In this document: in pieces, positions 47,422 through 58,472 of the stretch
How positions within the stretch are numbered: the first letter of the stretch is position 1
Layout of the letters: each line of letters starts with the position of its first letter
Assembly: GCA_029953675.1 (NCBI GenBank)
Contig: JAMWBK010000001.1
Location: 372,001 to 436,000, forward strand
Origin: Rhodosorus marinus CCMP1338
Lineage: Eukaryota; Plantae; Rhodophyta
Direction of reading: 5' to 3'
DNA: 64,000 nucleotides
Notes under the pieces: generated by a model
What the model saw: only the letters and a program-made list of their open reading frames with translations
Told to the model about the DNA's origin: nothing
The model's database searches: none
Translations under genes and position numbers: made by a program

Positions 47422-49684
47422 ATGGCTAAGCTGGTGCTGCAGAATTTCCTGCTGATCCTGGTCGCGTGTGTGATCGGGAGGGTGGCTCAGTGGTTCTCCT
47501 CGCTTGATGCCCAGGTTCTGTCCATAGCTCAAGTAGCCCATCTTCATGGGGACGAGTCGCTCGGTGGCTTTGTGCTCCTTAACGACAGGTATGGAGATGC
47601 ATTTCCTCGTCTCGGGGAAAACATGAAGGCGACTCACTGAACAAACTATTTGCCTTGCCTTTGTCAAAGCGAGTATGTCATCTGTGAAAAGGATTCGATC
47701 GTGTACATAGGACCAAACGGAGAGCGGCGTGAGACTAGTCTAGTCCGAAAGGGTCATCATGGCTCATCAGGACGAGTTGCGATCGCCGTCGATGCAAATC
47801 GTCTGCACAGCACGCTACGGTATACCCTTGAACCGGACTTTCGATTTATCGCAGCGTCAGACTGCTAACATCTGCATGTTCTCATGTTGTAGGATGGCTA
47901 TCTTAACAGATGGATGGCGGCTCATCCTTTTCAAAGATCAATTGACGACGGTTTGGGAAGCGGACGTGCTTGGAGATGAGATTGACAAGGCTCAGATTAA
48001 TCCGCCTTCGGAGTCTTCTGTACTATAGAAACTCAAAGCTGCTGTGAAGTGATATACAACCTGACAAGGACGTCTCCGCTTGCACTAGGTTCTAATCATG
48101 GAGTCGTCAGTGATCATCGTTGGAGCTGTTTCTCTGGAAGGCAGGGTAAGCACTACTTGCGCCCTGGCGCTTTGACGGAACTCCCGAAAAAAGCCCTTTT
48201 TCCTGAATAGTTTCTTTTGATCGTTTTTCTCGGCACAGGAGACTGCAACCTACGCCTCTTTCTCACTACTGGATGGCAACCTCCAGTGGCGTAGGAGAGA
48301 ATCAAAACTTGATTTCGAGTCAATCTATAAGGAACGTGAAAAGGCTGAGAACCAAGACTTGATATGGCGTGTTTCGGATGACCACCATATTGCGCCGAAC
48401 GTAAACCTCTACTGTTGACCAAATAGAGCCTCCTGGCAGGGTTTTGAACGAGCTGACATAAGATCCCAACCGAATACTTTCCGTACGAACTAGGCCTATC
48501 GAGAACAAGCGTTACGCTCTCTACCTCACTTGTGGATTGACCCTTGGGACACGAAGCTCATCCCAACCAAGTTCAACGTCGAGCTCGGTGAGTCGAAGCC
48601 TTGGCTGCTGTTGTGGAGAACCCTTCAGCAGGAAGTCACTCGCTGATAAGCATGGCCAACGTTTTATCCTTTCGCACAGAAAGCAGGAATACGAACGATG
48701 TGATCGTTTTTCACTGGTCCAGGGGAGTCGAGATCTTTCATCCAGAAACTGGAACACCTGTTACGGAGCTGTTGCTTGAGCCAAACATGGGACATGCTGA
48801 CTACACTTTGGACGGTAGTATTGAGTCCTTGGCTGTAGCTGAAGACGAGAAGAAAAGGTAATAGATGAAACCAGTGCGAACTTGGGAATACATACCTTCC
48901 GGTTGTAACCACCCCTTTTGTATTTTGTCCGACTAAACAAACTGCGAATGGGCTCTTCTAGCTGCACAGTTGCACTTGGGACCAGGGTTTCCCTGGTTTA
49001 CAAGAAGTCCTTGTGCCACCGAAGCGAGGGCTATGAGTCCACGGTAGCTCTGGTTTATCCAGTCGTGTCTGCTACTCAGGACACAGACTTGTTGCCAAGG
49101 AAAAGAGCGATTTTGATATTTGATAACATCGTGTACTGTATAGATACAATATCGGGGCGGTTGATCTGGAAGAACGAGCTTCCCGTCGAAGTAGGAAGTC
49201 GCTCCAATTTCCAGGAGGTGAGGCCTAAAACAGCGTCAGAACGCATGGAAAATCTCAAAAGCACGCTCAGCTGCTCAACGTTCTCAATTGCTTTAATTCG
49301 CTCGACTGACAAAAGAAGCATCGGTATCGGACGATCTTTGTCGAGCCACTCAAGGACGCGAGTGGTAGCATCTACAGGATTGCTTTGGTTGGAGGTGGAG
49401 AGGTTGACTTCATAGACGCTGGTTCCGGCCGAACAGTCCTTTTCACATCGTTATCGTTCAGCGCGTCAACTCCACCCATTGCGATTGACGTGGACGGCGA
49501 CGGGGTGGAAGATGGAGTACTTGTGCGAAGCGGTGCCTTCTTGTACAAGGTTTCCTGCTCATCTCGAAGTAATAATGCCACGCTGACGGTCGCAGAATTC
49601 TGTACCTCAGCATGCATCATAGTCGCAGCGATCATATGCGTCATGCTTACGCGGGCGAAGAAATCAGCGCCGAAGAACGAATGA
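47422..49684 (+). CDS. FG-GAP/beta-propeller type I membrane protein resembling the Arabidopsis NERD1 family (multi-exon)
   Basis: N-terminal signal anchor; segments MAILTDGWRLILFKDQLTTVWE, NVIVFHWSRGVEIFHPETG..., GHADYTLDG, IAIDVDGDGVEDGVLV; C-terminal TM ACIIVAAIICVML. Confidence 0.6.
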
Positions 49685-49844
49685 TGAAGTGGAGGTTTTC
49701 GTTTGTTTGTTAGGAAAACGCAATTTTTTTGAAAATGTACATTTATCTGCCCCGAGTTTGTCACAAAACCACGAAACCGAGCCGCAAGCAAAACAAAACG
49801 GGTTTTCGTCCTCGGGTTTAAATATGAGTGAAATACGACGAAGA

Positions 49845-51092
49845 TCACTGGCTAGCTTCGTCTGCAGACTTTTCGGACGAACTGCCCCGTCTACCCTGTT
49901 CCCAATCCCAAGTGTTTTCGGGTTTGAGGTACCGTTGTTCACGCTTCGGGGGTTCCTGAGGCGGGGGCATAAACCTGAGTTCCCTATTCCTCAGTCGTCC
50001 GCTTCTGGCCCTGTTGACGCATCTTCGCAATTCGTCAAGCCTCTCCTGTACATGCTTCTCATCCATTCTCCCTTGCCGCTCCAAGGCTCCCCGGAGCATC
50101 TCCACAGCCTCTTTCGTACTCGCTGCAGGCAGCATGGTAGTTTCGTTCTCTAGGTAGGTCATCAAATTTTCGAAGTCCTCTAGTTTCCCTTGCTTAGCGT
50201 ACGCACGGAACATGGTATTGAAGATCATAATGTCCGCTGAGTACTTGATTTTTTTGAAAAGCATGTCCGCAGCCTGCATAAGGTCGGCTTCGACAAATAC
50301 TTGAATCATAGCATGGTCGAGTTGCTTTGGGAAGCGGTTTTTGTACCGTCTCTCGGCAATCTGGTACACTTCAGTGGCTTTCTTCACCTCCCCCATCTGC
50401 CCGTATGCGATGATAGCCTGGAGATCTGAAACTCGATCAGTTTTCCGCCCCTCAGCATTGTAAACCTCATACATTATTGCTGCTCCTTTGTAGTCCTCGC
50501 ACCTTACATGGGCCCTCATGTAAGCGCCGAACGTTTGTACCTCTGGCTTAACTCTTCGCGCTAGCATCTCGTTCCATAGCTTTCTTGCCAGCTTCATCCG
50601 CTGGCTCTCGCCCGCGGAATTGATCAATGCCGTGTATGTAACATCGTCCAATTTCCTCAACTCCTTATCCAATTCCTCTTTGATAAGCAGACACTCCTTC
50701 ACCCTGCCATTTTTCCCCAATGCGAACAGCGCCTCGTTGTACACAGACAACGGAACATCCCTGTTCCTCGCACGCATGTGATCAATCACGGATCTCACTC
50801 GATCAACTTGATCGCCCCTCGCTAGTGAACGAATCCAGTGTCCATAACACTGATCAAGCGGCTCTCTTCCATGCCCTTCCACCTCGAGCATGGTGTACGC
50901 AACTCGTCGAAAATCCCCATAACTTGCAAGCCCTTCTGTAACACGAGCGACCTCAATATCCCTTCCTATATACCCTTTCTTCAAGCGACTATTAAACACA
51001 TTGAACGCTTGCAGTATTGATTTCTTCGTGCGCTCGAAGGGTCGTAACCCAGACGACCTCTCCCAACCTTTTACAAGTTCACGCGAAGACAT
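49845..51092 (-). CDS. P-class pentatricopeptide repeat protein (probable upstream exon near 51162-51362)
   Basis: 35-aa repeats VYNEALFALGKNGRVKE, VTYTALINSAGESQRMKLA, QTFGAYMRAHVRCEDY, MIFNTMFRAYAKQGK. Confidence 0.9.
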   Translation of the reverse strand: MSSRELVKGWERSSGLRPFERTKKSILQAFNVFNSRLKKGYIGRDIEVARVTEGLASYGDFRRVAYTMLEVEGHGREPLDQCYGHWIRSLARGDQVDRVRSVIDHMRARNRDVPLSVYNEALFALGKNGRVKECLLIKEELDKELRKLDDVTYTALINSAGESQRMKLARKLWNEMLARRVKPEVQTFGAYMRAHVRCEDYKGAAIMYEVYNAEGRKTDRVSDLQAIIAYGQMGEVKKATEVYQIAERRYKNRFPKQLDHAMIQVFVEADLMQAADMLFKKIKYSADIMIFNTMFRAYAKQGKLEDFENLMTYLENETTMLPAASTKEAVEMLRGALERQGRMDEKHVQERLDELRRCVNRARSGRLRNRELRFMPPPQEPPKREQRYLKPENTWDWEQGRRGSSSEKSADEASQ

Positions 51093-52469
51093 CCTATCCC
51101 AAAAGTCATCCAGTTTTCACAAGACAAGTACGTCATTCATCGAAAGTTGGACCGGTCAGAGCTATAAACCTGAACCTAAATCGTTTAGTTTCTTATCCAG
51201 AGAAATAGGCAGTCTCTCCAGCGCCCTCCTCCTTCCCCGCAACAATTTTACTCGCCCAGCAGCCGATGGCCTTTTCATACTGCAGAGCGGCGAGAAACCT
51301 CCGTCTCTTTTGAGCTTTGGACTGAAAGTCATACCGTATGATCGTGGGATAAGACTGGTCAAGGTTCTCGCTAGAATTGTATTACCTCTTGACAGGTTAT
51401 GAGCTCAGAGTACTGAGCATAGTACGTAGCATGATGAGCTTAGATTAAAATCGCGAGGACACACACTCGTTTCCAGAACAAGTAGTCTCTGATCACGGGA
51501 GATGGCTGGAGAAGCAAGCCAGCAGCGCGACAGTGAGGATTCAAGCGACGGAGAGAGGTTATGAATTCTACTGCGTTCAACTAGAGTCGGATCAACCTGT
51601 CCCCGGCTCTTGTTTTGCATCAGTTATACGGCAGAAAGCTCAGTAGAAAACACTCAAACAATGAGCGGAAGACGTGACAGAAGAAAGAAACATTGTATCC
51701 AACAGGTTGTTTCTGTTTTCAAAGCTATGGGAGCCACTAGGAGCGTCATCATTGGCCGTTTCAGAGCCCTGGAGTCCCATCACACACGATGATGTACTGG
51801 AGCAGCTACCCCCCAGCCAATTGGACTGACATGAAACTCCACCAGGTGAAGAATCGTTGCTGCTGACATTGAAATAGCCTTTCCAATGAACCAGTTTCTT
51901 CTACATTCATTAATAAATTTGCTTGGACAAATTCGAGCGCAATGGATTGGCAAATGATACTTGGAAGAGACGCATATGGCGATGTGGCGGGGCTCAGAAA
52001 TCAACTGTGAGCAGTGGTTGTGAGGGAATGCACGAATCTGTGAGGTGCAAACTTTTCTTAAAGTCACCGATAAGCACCGGATTCTCATGATTCTTGTCAC
52101 GTAGTGTGAAGATAGGACCTTTTAGCCTCCGATTCCGACTATTCAGCATTCAGGCCTGCTTTTGGCTCGACTTGGGCGGGATGGTGACGGAGACTTTCTC
52201 TGCTGGATGTAGTTACCTCAGCAGTTGTGAAGGTGGGTAACCCCCAAGTAGCTAATGATGAAGGGTACGGCGAATCTGTTCAGGTATTGAGGCAAACGGA
52301 TACTGCATTGATCGAGGAGCTTTGGGTTTCGCCCATCGGCAGTTGTTGCGGTACCAGGTTACCTCTTCAACAGGTGTCATAGTAATATACAAGAGATTTA
52401 TTAGAGTCTTCCTCCATTCCCAGAGGAATCTAGAGATTCGAATCGGTTAACCGGCCAGTCGCCTTGGTT

Positions 52470-53750
52470 TCATGGTTTGTTTGAGTTAGTATCCATCACG
52501 AGGGCCTGCCTTTCTTTAGAATTTCCTGGCCTGGCACCTTCCATTTCTTCTACGAAACGCGTTCTCCTTTCCACATCGAGTTGCCTCTTTGACAAAAGCT
52601 TGTCCATATCTGCAAACAGTGGCTTATCCTCAAAGGACATAAGACCTCTGTGCTCGATAAGCTGGCACAGTTCTTTCGCTGCCTGCAGGGACTCAACTGA
52701 CCAACTTCCAACGTAGCGAGCAATCATCAGACGAATAGCGTTCTGATAATGCTCAGGTACCGGAAGGCATTCCAACAAGACCCTCTTCAGAGACCAAACA
52801 CACACACTCTGCCCCACTTTCAAATCTGCAACATTCCACGCTGCAGTCATGATCGAGATTGTGATTCCCAGTTCAAAGCGCTTCTGTTCAGCAAGGAACC
52901 GTAGAAGAAACTCACGAAACAGCGGTCGTTCTCTGGCGTGGTTAAAACAGCGAAAAATTGCCGCAAAATACACCGGCGTTGGTGCTATAGATAGCTCTGC
53001 CCTCTTCGAATCCAGTAGAAGAGCAAGTCTAATGTCCCTCAGCTCGCCAATTACCGCGGGAAAGTGGTGAATACCTATCTCATCGCTGGAAGCTTTTCTC
53101 AGTATGTCCTCCGCCGCTTCCACAGCCCTCCCACTATGAGCGTAGGCCGCGTAAAGATGTCTCTGGTAGTCTGGATACGTGGAATTCCTACCGACGAGCA
53201 CCTCCAGGTGCTCCTTCATGACTTCGGGGCTACAAATTCTCGATAACTCCATGAAATACGAGTCGAGGTGTTTGTTGTAAACGCTTAAGCTGCTGCTCCT
53301 CCCGCGCGCTCTCCTCAGCAGGGAGAGCGCTTCGTTGTACCTCCGTCTCCGTACGTCAGCGATCGAGAGGAGAACCAAATTTTCCACGTCCAATTTGTCA
53401 AATGTAGCCTCCAAAGCCGTCTCCAAGAACGCTGCAGCCTCAGTTTCGCCCTCTGAATTGGCCATCCCCAAAACGTTTTGAACACTCGCTGCAATAGTCG
53501 AGGGCGATGAAGTTCCCTCAAGTTGTCTTCGTAGATCCTCCGTCGCTTTGGAAAGACTAGAAGACGTCCTCTGTCTCCTCTCACCCCAAGTATCCAGAAA
53601 AGAAAGCAGGCTTCGTTGTACCCCATCAAACTCGCCCTTCTGAACCACCTCACCGCTCAACGGGTTGACCCAGCACTTATGCACACCTTCAGCGTCTACA
53701 AAAACATGCCGAATGAGTGCCGATCCCAAAAGTCTCCCCCTAGACCCCAT
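52470..53750 (-). CDS. Divergent helical-repeat (PPR-like) protein
   Basis: 426-aa ORF of paired amphipathic helices with degenerate PPR-like units (LYAAYAHSGRAVEAAE, VYFAAIFRCF, ISIMTAAWNVADLK). Confidence 0.6.
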   Translation of the reverse strand: MGSRGRLLGSALIRHVFVDAEGVHKCWVNPLSGEVVQKGEFDGVQRSLLSFLDTWGERRQRTSSSLSKATEDLRRQLEGTSSPSTIAASVQNVLGMANSEGETEAAAFLETALEATFDKLDVENLVLLSIADVRRRRYNEALSLLRRARGRSSSLSVYNKHLDSYFMELSRICSPEVMKEHLEVLVGRNSTYPDYQRHLYAAYAHSGRAVEAAEDILRKASSDEIGIHHFPAVIGELRDIRLALLLDSKRAELSIAPTPVYFAAIFRCFNHARERPLFREFLLRFLAEQKRFELGITISIMTAAWNVADLKVGQSVCVWSLKRVLLECLPVPEHYQNAIRLMIARYVGSWSVESLQAAKELCQLIEHRGLMSFEDKPLFADMDKLLSKRQLDVERRTRFVEEMEGARPGNSKERQALVMDTNSNKP

Positions 53751-54830
53751 TCCTCACCCTCACTCAGTCCAGCTCAGCTCGGGGCCGAGAAAACAAAATG
53801 ATTACGTAGAAGAACCACAGACAACACTTCGCTCCATCTCCTCAAAACGGAAAACCTACTTCTACACGAAACCCTAGGAAACTGAAAACTTTAGTCTTAA
53901 CTTTCACGACCACAGAATAAATAATCCTATCTCAATAATGGTCTTTACAAGTCTGCCTTAGCCCAGAAAAGACCAAGCTCAAAAATTGGCAAAAGGTCAC
54001 GAGCTTCAGGTTCCTTCAGCCTATCACTCTAGTCGTCGTCAACGTGCCTTATCCATCAGTTGTCAAAAGTCTCCCCGAAGCGGTGAAGAAGGGAAGAAGC
54101 TGAACAGGTGCTTCGAAGAAGTGAAGAAACGACCCCGCTCTGCTCCTTGAGGGCTGCTTTTTGCTCGCGCGGTCCTCAATCGTTCACACCGGTTTGGTAT
54201 AAACGTATTTCGAATGTAGCAGAAAATTTATCCCGGCCTTTGAGAAGAAGCAGAGGCTGTACTACATTTACGAAAGTCAAAGCATCCCGACTGGATGTGC
54301 TAGGGTGTAGATATCTTTGCGTGAAAATAGGTATGCCCCACGTACGCATCCGCGCCCGGCCATAGCTTCTCTAAGCTGTTTACTGAAACTATTCGAAGAA
54401 ACCTCCGAGTGAATTAGACTGTTTCAACAGCTGCCATAGCTTTCGCCAGCGATTCAAATATTTGCAGGGGATGAACTGAGAGGAGATTCCAGGATTTCAA
54501 CCGAAGCATGTACGGACCTCCGTTCAACCGCTGAGACTACTTGCACGGCCGATGTAGATGGTTGGCAAATACAGAGGGGTGCAAACAAGGTTAATGTTCT
54601 TTCCCCGAGTTTCTTTTTGGACCAACGACACGCTACTGATTCCAGTGCCTTACTACTGCAAGGCAAGATTTCTGCAAGCACTTCACTTCAGAGCATACTA
54701 GAGGCTTTGTTTGGTAAGCTCAAAATTAACGGATTTGGTTGATTTGATTTAGGTTTGCAGTGCCTCTGGACGAAAGCTGGTGCGGGTAGATTGTGAAAAA
54801 GCTAGTGGTATAGGCCTTCTATATTGCTGC

Positions 54831-57210
54831 TCAATCTCGGCTCTTCCAATCCTCTCGCTTGGAGAGCCTCTGGTACATTTTCTTCCGAGACTGAGACATG
54901 GCCTTGTTTGGTGCACCATGGTGCTTCCGATAGAGGCACAAGATTCTCTCGACTGCATCCGTCTGTTCAGGGTTGGACGAACATAGAATGCAGCAGCACC
55001 GTTAGCTAAGAAGATCTCACACCCATGGTTTGATTACTGCTTACCTTGTTCGCTCGACACAGCATGTCAACAACGTGATCAACATCTTTGAGGTAGTCAC
55101 TGTACGATGAAGCGAGCGCAGAAATCCTCTCTAAGTTCTGCTGCATACCATATGCATTTATCATCACATTGAAAATGGATTCGTCGATCTCTTCTGGACG
55201 CAAGCTATAAAAAACTGTTTCTGCTCTCTCAACGCGGCCCTCTTTGAGGAAACATTCGAGAACGCTCTTGAACGTGCTCCGCGCTGGTGATTTTCCGGTC
55301 ACTTCCGGAAATGCCGACAAGCACACTTCAGTTTGATCGAAATGGCCTATTCGGGCGCTGTATATTGTAGCTTTGTCCAAAATTGTTTGGATATCCAGTC
55401 TCTTCTCGTTTTCCCGCATGAAGGACATTAAATGATCAGTGGACCCATGGTTGGCAAATGCACTCGCAAGGGCTGAGTGTGTCCCCTCGGAAGGCTTAAT
55501 TCCATCTCTTAGTAACTTTTCGTAGTGATTCAAACATCCTTGGAGGTCGCCTCGAGTAGCACAAATCTTCATCAACGTAGCGTAGGTCACTTCAGTCGGG
55601 GCAAGACCGCGGTTTCGCATCTGCTTGAGAACCGGTTTTGGATCAGTTCCATGGACGGCGCAAGTCGATAGCAACGTGTTGTAGGATATGATATTCGGTT
55701 CCACGCCATGGGAGATCATTTCTTGAACCACAGCGAGTGAACTTTCCAGCTCTCCGTTCGCCGCGAATATCTTCAGTATAGTATTCCAGGTAACCACGTC
55801 TACCTTGACATTCCGCGCCCTCATTTCGAGGAAAGCACACTCCGCCCCTGTCATATCATTGGCTTCCCCGAGTGCGTTGATATACGTGTTGAACGAGACC
55901 TCGTCAGGTTGGTTCCCGTTCAAAACAAGCTCTTCGAAAATTTGTCTCACTTTTACGACGTTTTTCTGTGAATTGTACAGCTTCAGGAGGGTATTATACG
56001 CAACAATTCCGAGACGCATATCCGCGTCCCTCATCTTCTCAACCATTAATTCAGCACCGTCAAACTTTCCGGAGGAGGTAAACGCGTCGATCACCTCACA
56101 GAACGTTCGTTCCGTGGGTCGTAGCCTGGACTCCTCCATCGACTTCAGCAGGAAAAGCACTCCGGTCAGGTCACCCTTCTGAGCGTACCCTCTGATGAGA
56201 GACGTATAGCAAACGATATTCGGAGACAGACCGCGAATTGTCATTTCGTCCATAATCATTTGTGCCCCCACGAGCTCTCCAGCCTTTCCGAGACAGTCAA
56301 TCATGACCGAATAAGTCACCAAGGACGGGTCAATTCCGGCCCGCTTCATATCCTCAAAGAGACTTTTTGCCGCCTCGAACCTGTTGAACTCGGAAAACGT
56401 TTTCATCAAAGTAGTAAACGTGAAAACGTCGGGGCTGGGACAGTTCTTGAAAACCCGCTCTGCATCGGCGATACGACCCGCTCTCCCCAATGCATTTATG
56501 TACGTATTGTATGTGATTCCATCGGGATGTACACCTTCAGCTTCCATTTCTAGGTAAAGCGCATCCACTTTCTCAAAACAGGACCGTTTAGAGTACATCT
56601 CAAGCATGATATTGTACGTGATCGCGTTTGGACGGATCTCCTTGTTCCCCTTGAGCTCTTTGAAAATTTCCTCCGCTCCTCTGGTATCATTGCCATGTGC
56701 AAAGCAGTTGATGAGAGCGTTGAAGCAACTTATATCGGGAGAAACCTTGAACTCTGTCATACTGTCGAACAAGGTCACAACCTCATTCATTCTCGTTTCC
56801 CTAGTAAAAGCTCCGAGCAGGGCCGAGAATGTCCTCGTGTTCGGTTGGAATCCTTTCTCACAAGCTGCCAACAAAGCCCACTTGGCTTCATCCGCCGAGA
56901 CATGCTTTCCTAATCCAAAAATAACTTGATTCACCAGCTCTGTCCTTCTCATCAGTTTTTGAGGCAGTCCCAGTATAAGTTCCCGGCACTTTTCATTGTT
57001 TCCATCCACAGCTTCCCTGATAATTCTGTCAGTTGCCCTCGCTGCTGGATCATCCTCGTAACCCCGCCGCTCCTTGTGGATCCTGGACGATGTCGACCGA
57101 CGTCGCCGGTACTTCCATCCCCCAGTGTCGTCCTTCCTCCGCCTTGCCTCACAAACAACCAACCGGCTGCAATCATATCTTTCCAATACAACCTGCACGA
57201 CAAATCCCAT
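54831..57210 (-). CDS. P-class PPR protein, about 15 repeats, probable plastid transit peptide (MGFVV...); short terminal exon 54831-54963
   Basis: Repeats such as PNTRTFSALLGAF, PDISCFNALINCF, PNAITYNIMLEMY, PDGITYNTYINALG, PNIVCYTSLIRGY. Confidence 0.95.
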
Positions 57211-58472
57211 CACTCCAAAAAACAACCTTACGTCAACCAAACGAACAAGCCCCGTACACATTACATCTCCACCGTAAGCAAGTCTCAAAAGCCCACGAAG
57301 GCCAATATTCGTCAAAACTTGCTCTCGAAAAGATACGACTCACCCAGCTACAGGACGAATCTCCCTTCACCAGTTCGGCGTGGTCACCTCCCCTCCCCTC
57401 CATCACCCTCAGCAGCGTCCTCTAAATCTCTATATACTTCGCAAATGTTTCATGTGCCAATCTGCCCCGCCAGACTTTTGGCCAAGAAAAATTAGTAGCG
57501 AAATGATTAAGTAAAGTCGGCTTGGCTGACCTGTTTTTAAGTTTAAAAAACAGGGCTCATCGGAAGTGAAGAGTTTTGCGTTGGGCCAACTTGACAATTA
57601 AACTCTTGTGGGGATGCTAGGCTTGCAGTATTATGGGCCACTCTCTTGGCCAAGAGTTTTTATCAACCAACTGATTAAGCAAAGCAATGGCCTCGCGTCG
57701 ATTTTGTGTTCAAAAGCTAGTGTTTGGGGTGGTGAGAGGCTGTTGGTCAAGTCAAGCGGATTGTCCTCCTGTTAATCCACATTGTCAATGTCGAGATTAC
57801 AATCGGAATTGGTTCAGGTTCTGTCCTCGGGTGGAGGAACGCTCTAGAGCAACGAACGGGGTGAAGCTCCTTGTTCAGTGCTTATGCGATTTAACATTGG
57901 AACCACCGCAGATAACTGCGCTGCCACGAAGCATGCGACGAAGCCTCATCTCGACAGGTTGGATGAAAAGTATAGCAGGCTCAGTTTCAGCAGCCACCAC
58001 TCTCAGTGTTTTCACGCCGGAGGTGAGTATCATGCAGGATGTTGCTCGTTCTTTGTTCAACTACGAGACACGGGCACCTTCCTCGGAGCAGACTGTTTAA
58101 TCCCCAGAGGTAAACGGCAAAGCAAGATACTTCGAATGGAATGAACTGGCACGGACCAGGCTTTCTTTCCATCCAAGGTAGTCCTCCTTGCCGTTTGTCT
58201 ATATCGAGTACACAGTCCATGCGCGTCTTTTCTTAATATTTGAAGTAATGCTCCCTTCCCGTTCAGCTTCGGACACCTTACAATGTACCGGGTCGAATCC
58301 GCAACAGTATATCCGAGTATTTACTCGGAACAACCAAACCTCAACTATTCACTCTTCAAAGCTCAACCTAGTTGCAAACGTAATGTTCGTTGGAGAGGGC
58401 GCAACAGTTTCAAATAGCAAGTTAGGATGTTCTTTTACTTTTTAAGTTGCCTAGTATTCTCGTAAGATGGCA

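Noticed and set aside
57687-58100. 137-aa plus ORF between PPR genes (also short ORFs at 13540-14170, 18950-19800, 51780-52100, 54108-54750)
   Set aside because: No recognisable domain or convincing exon chain; cannot be supported as genes from sequence alone.
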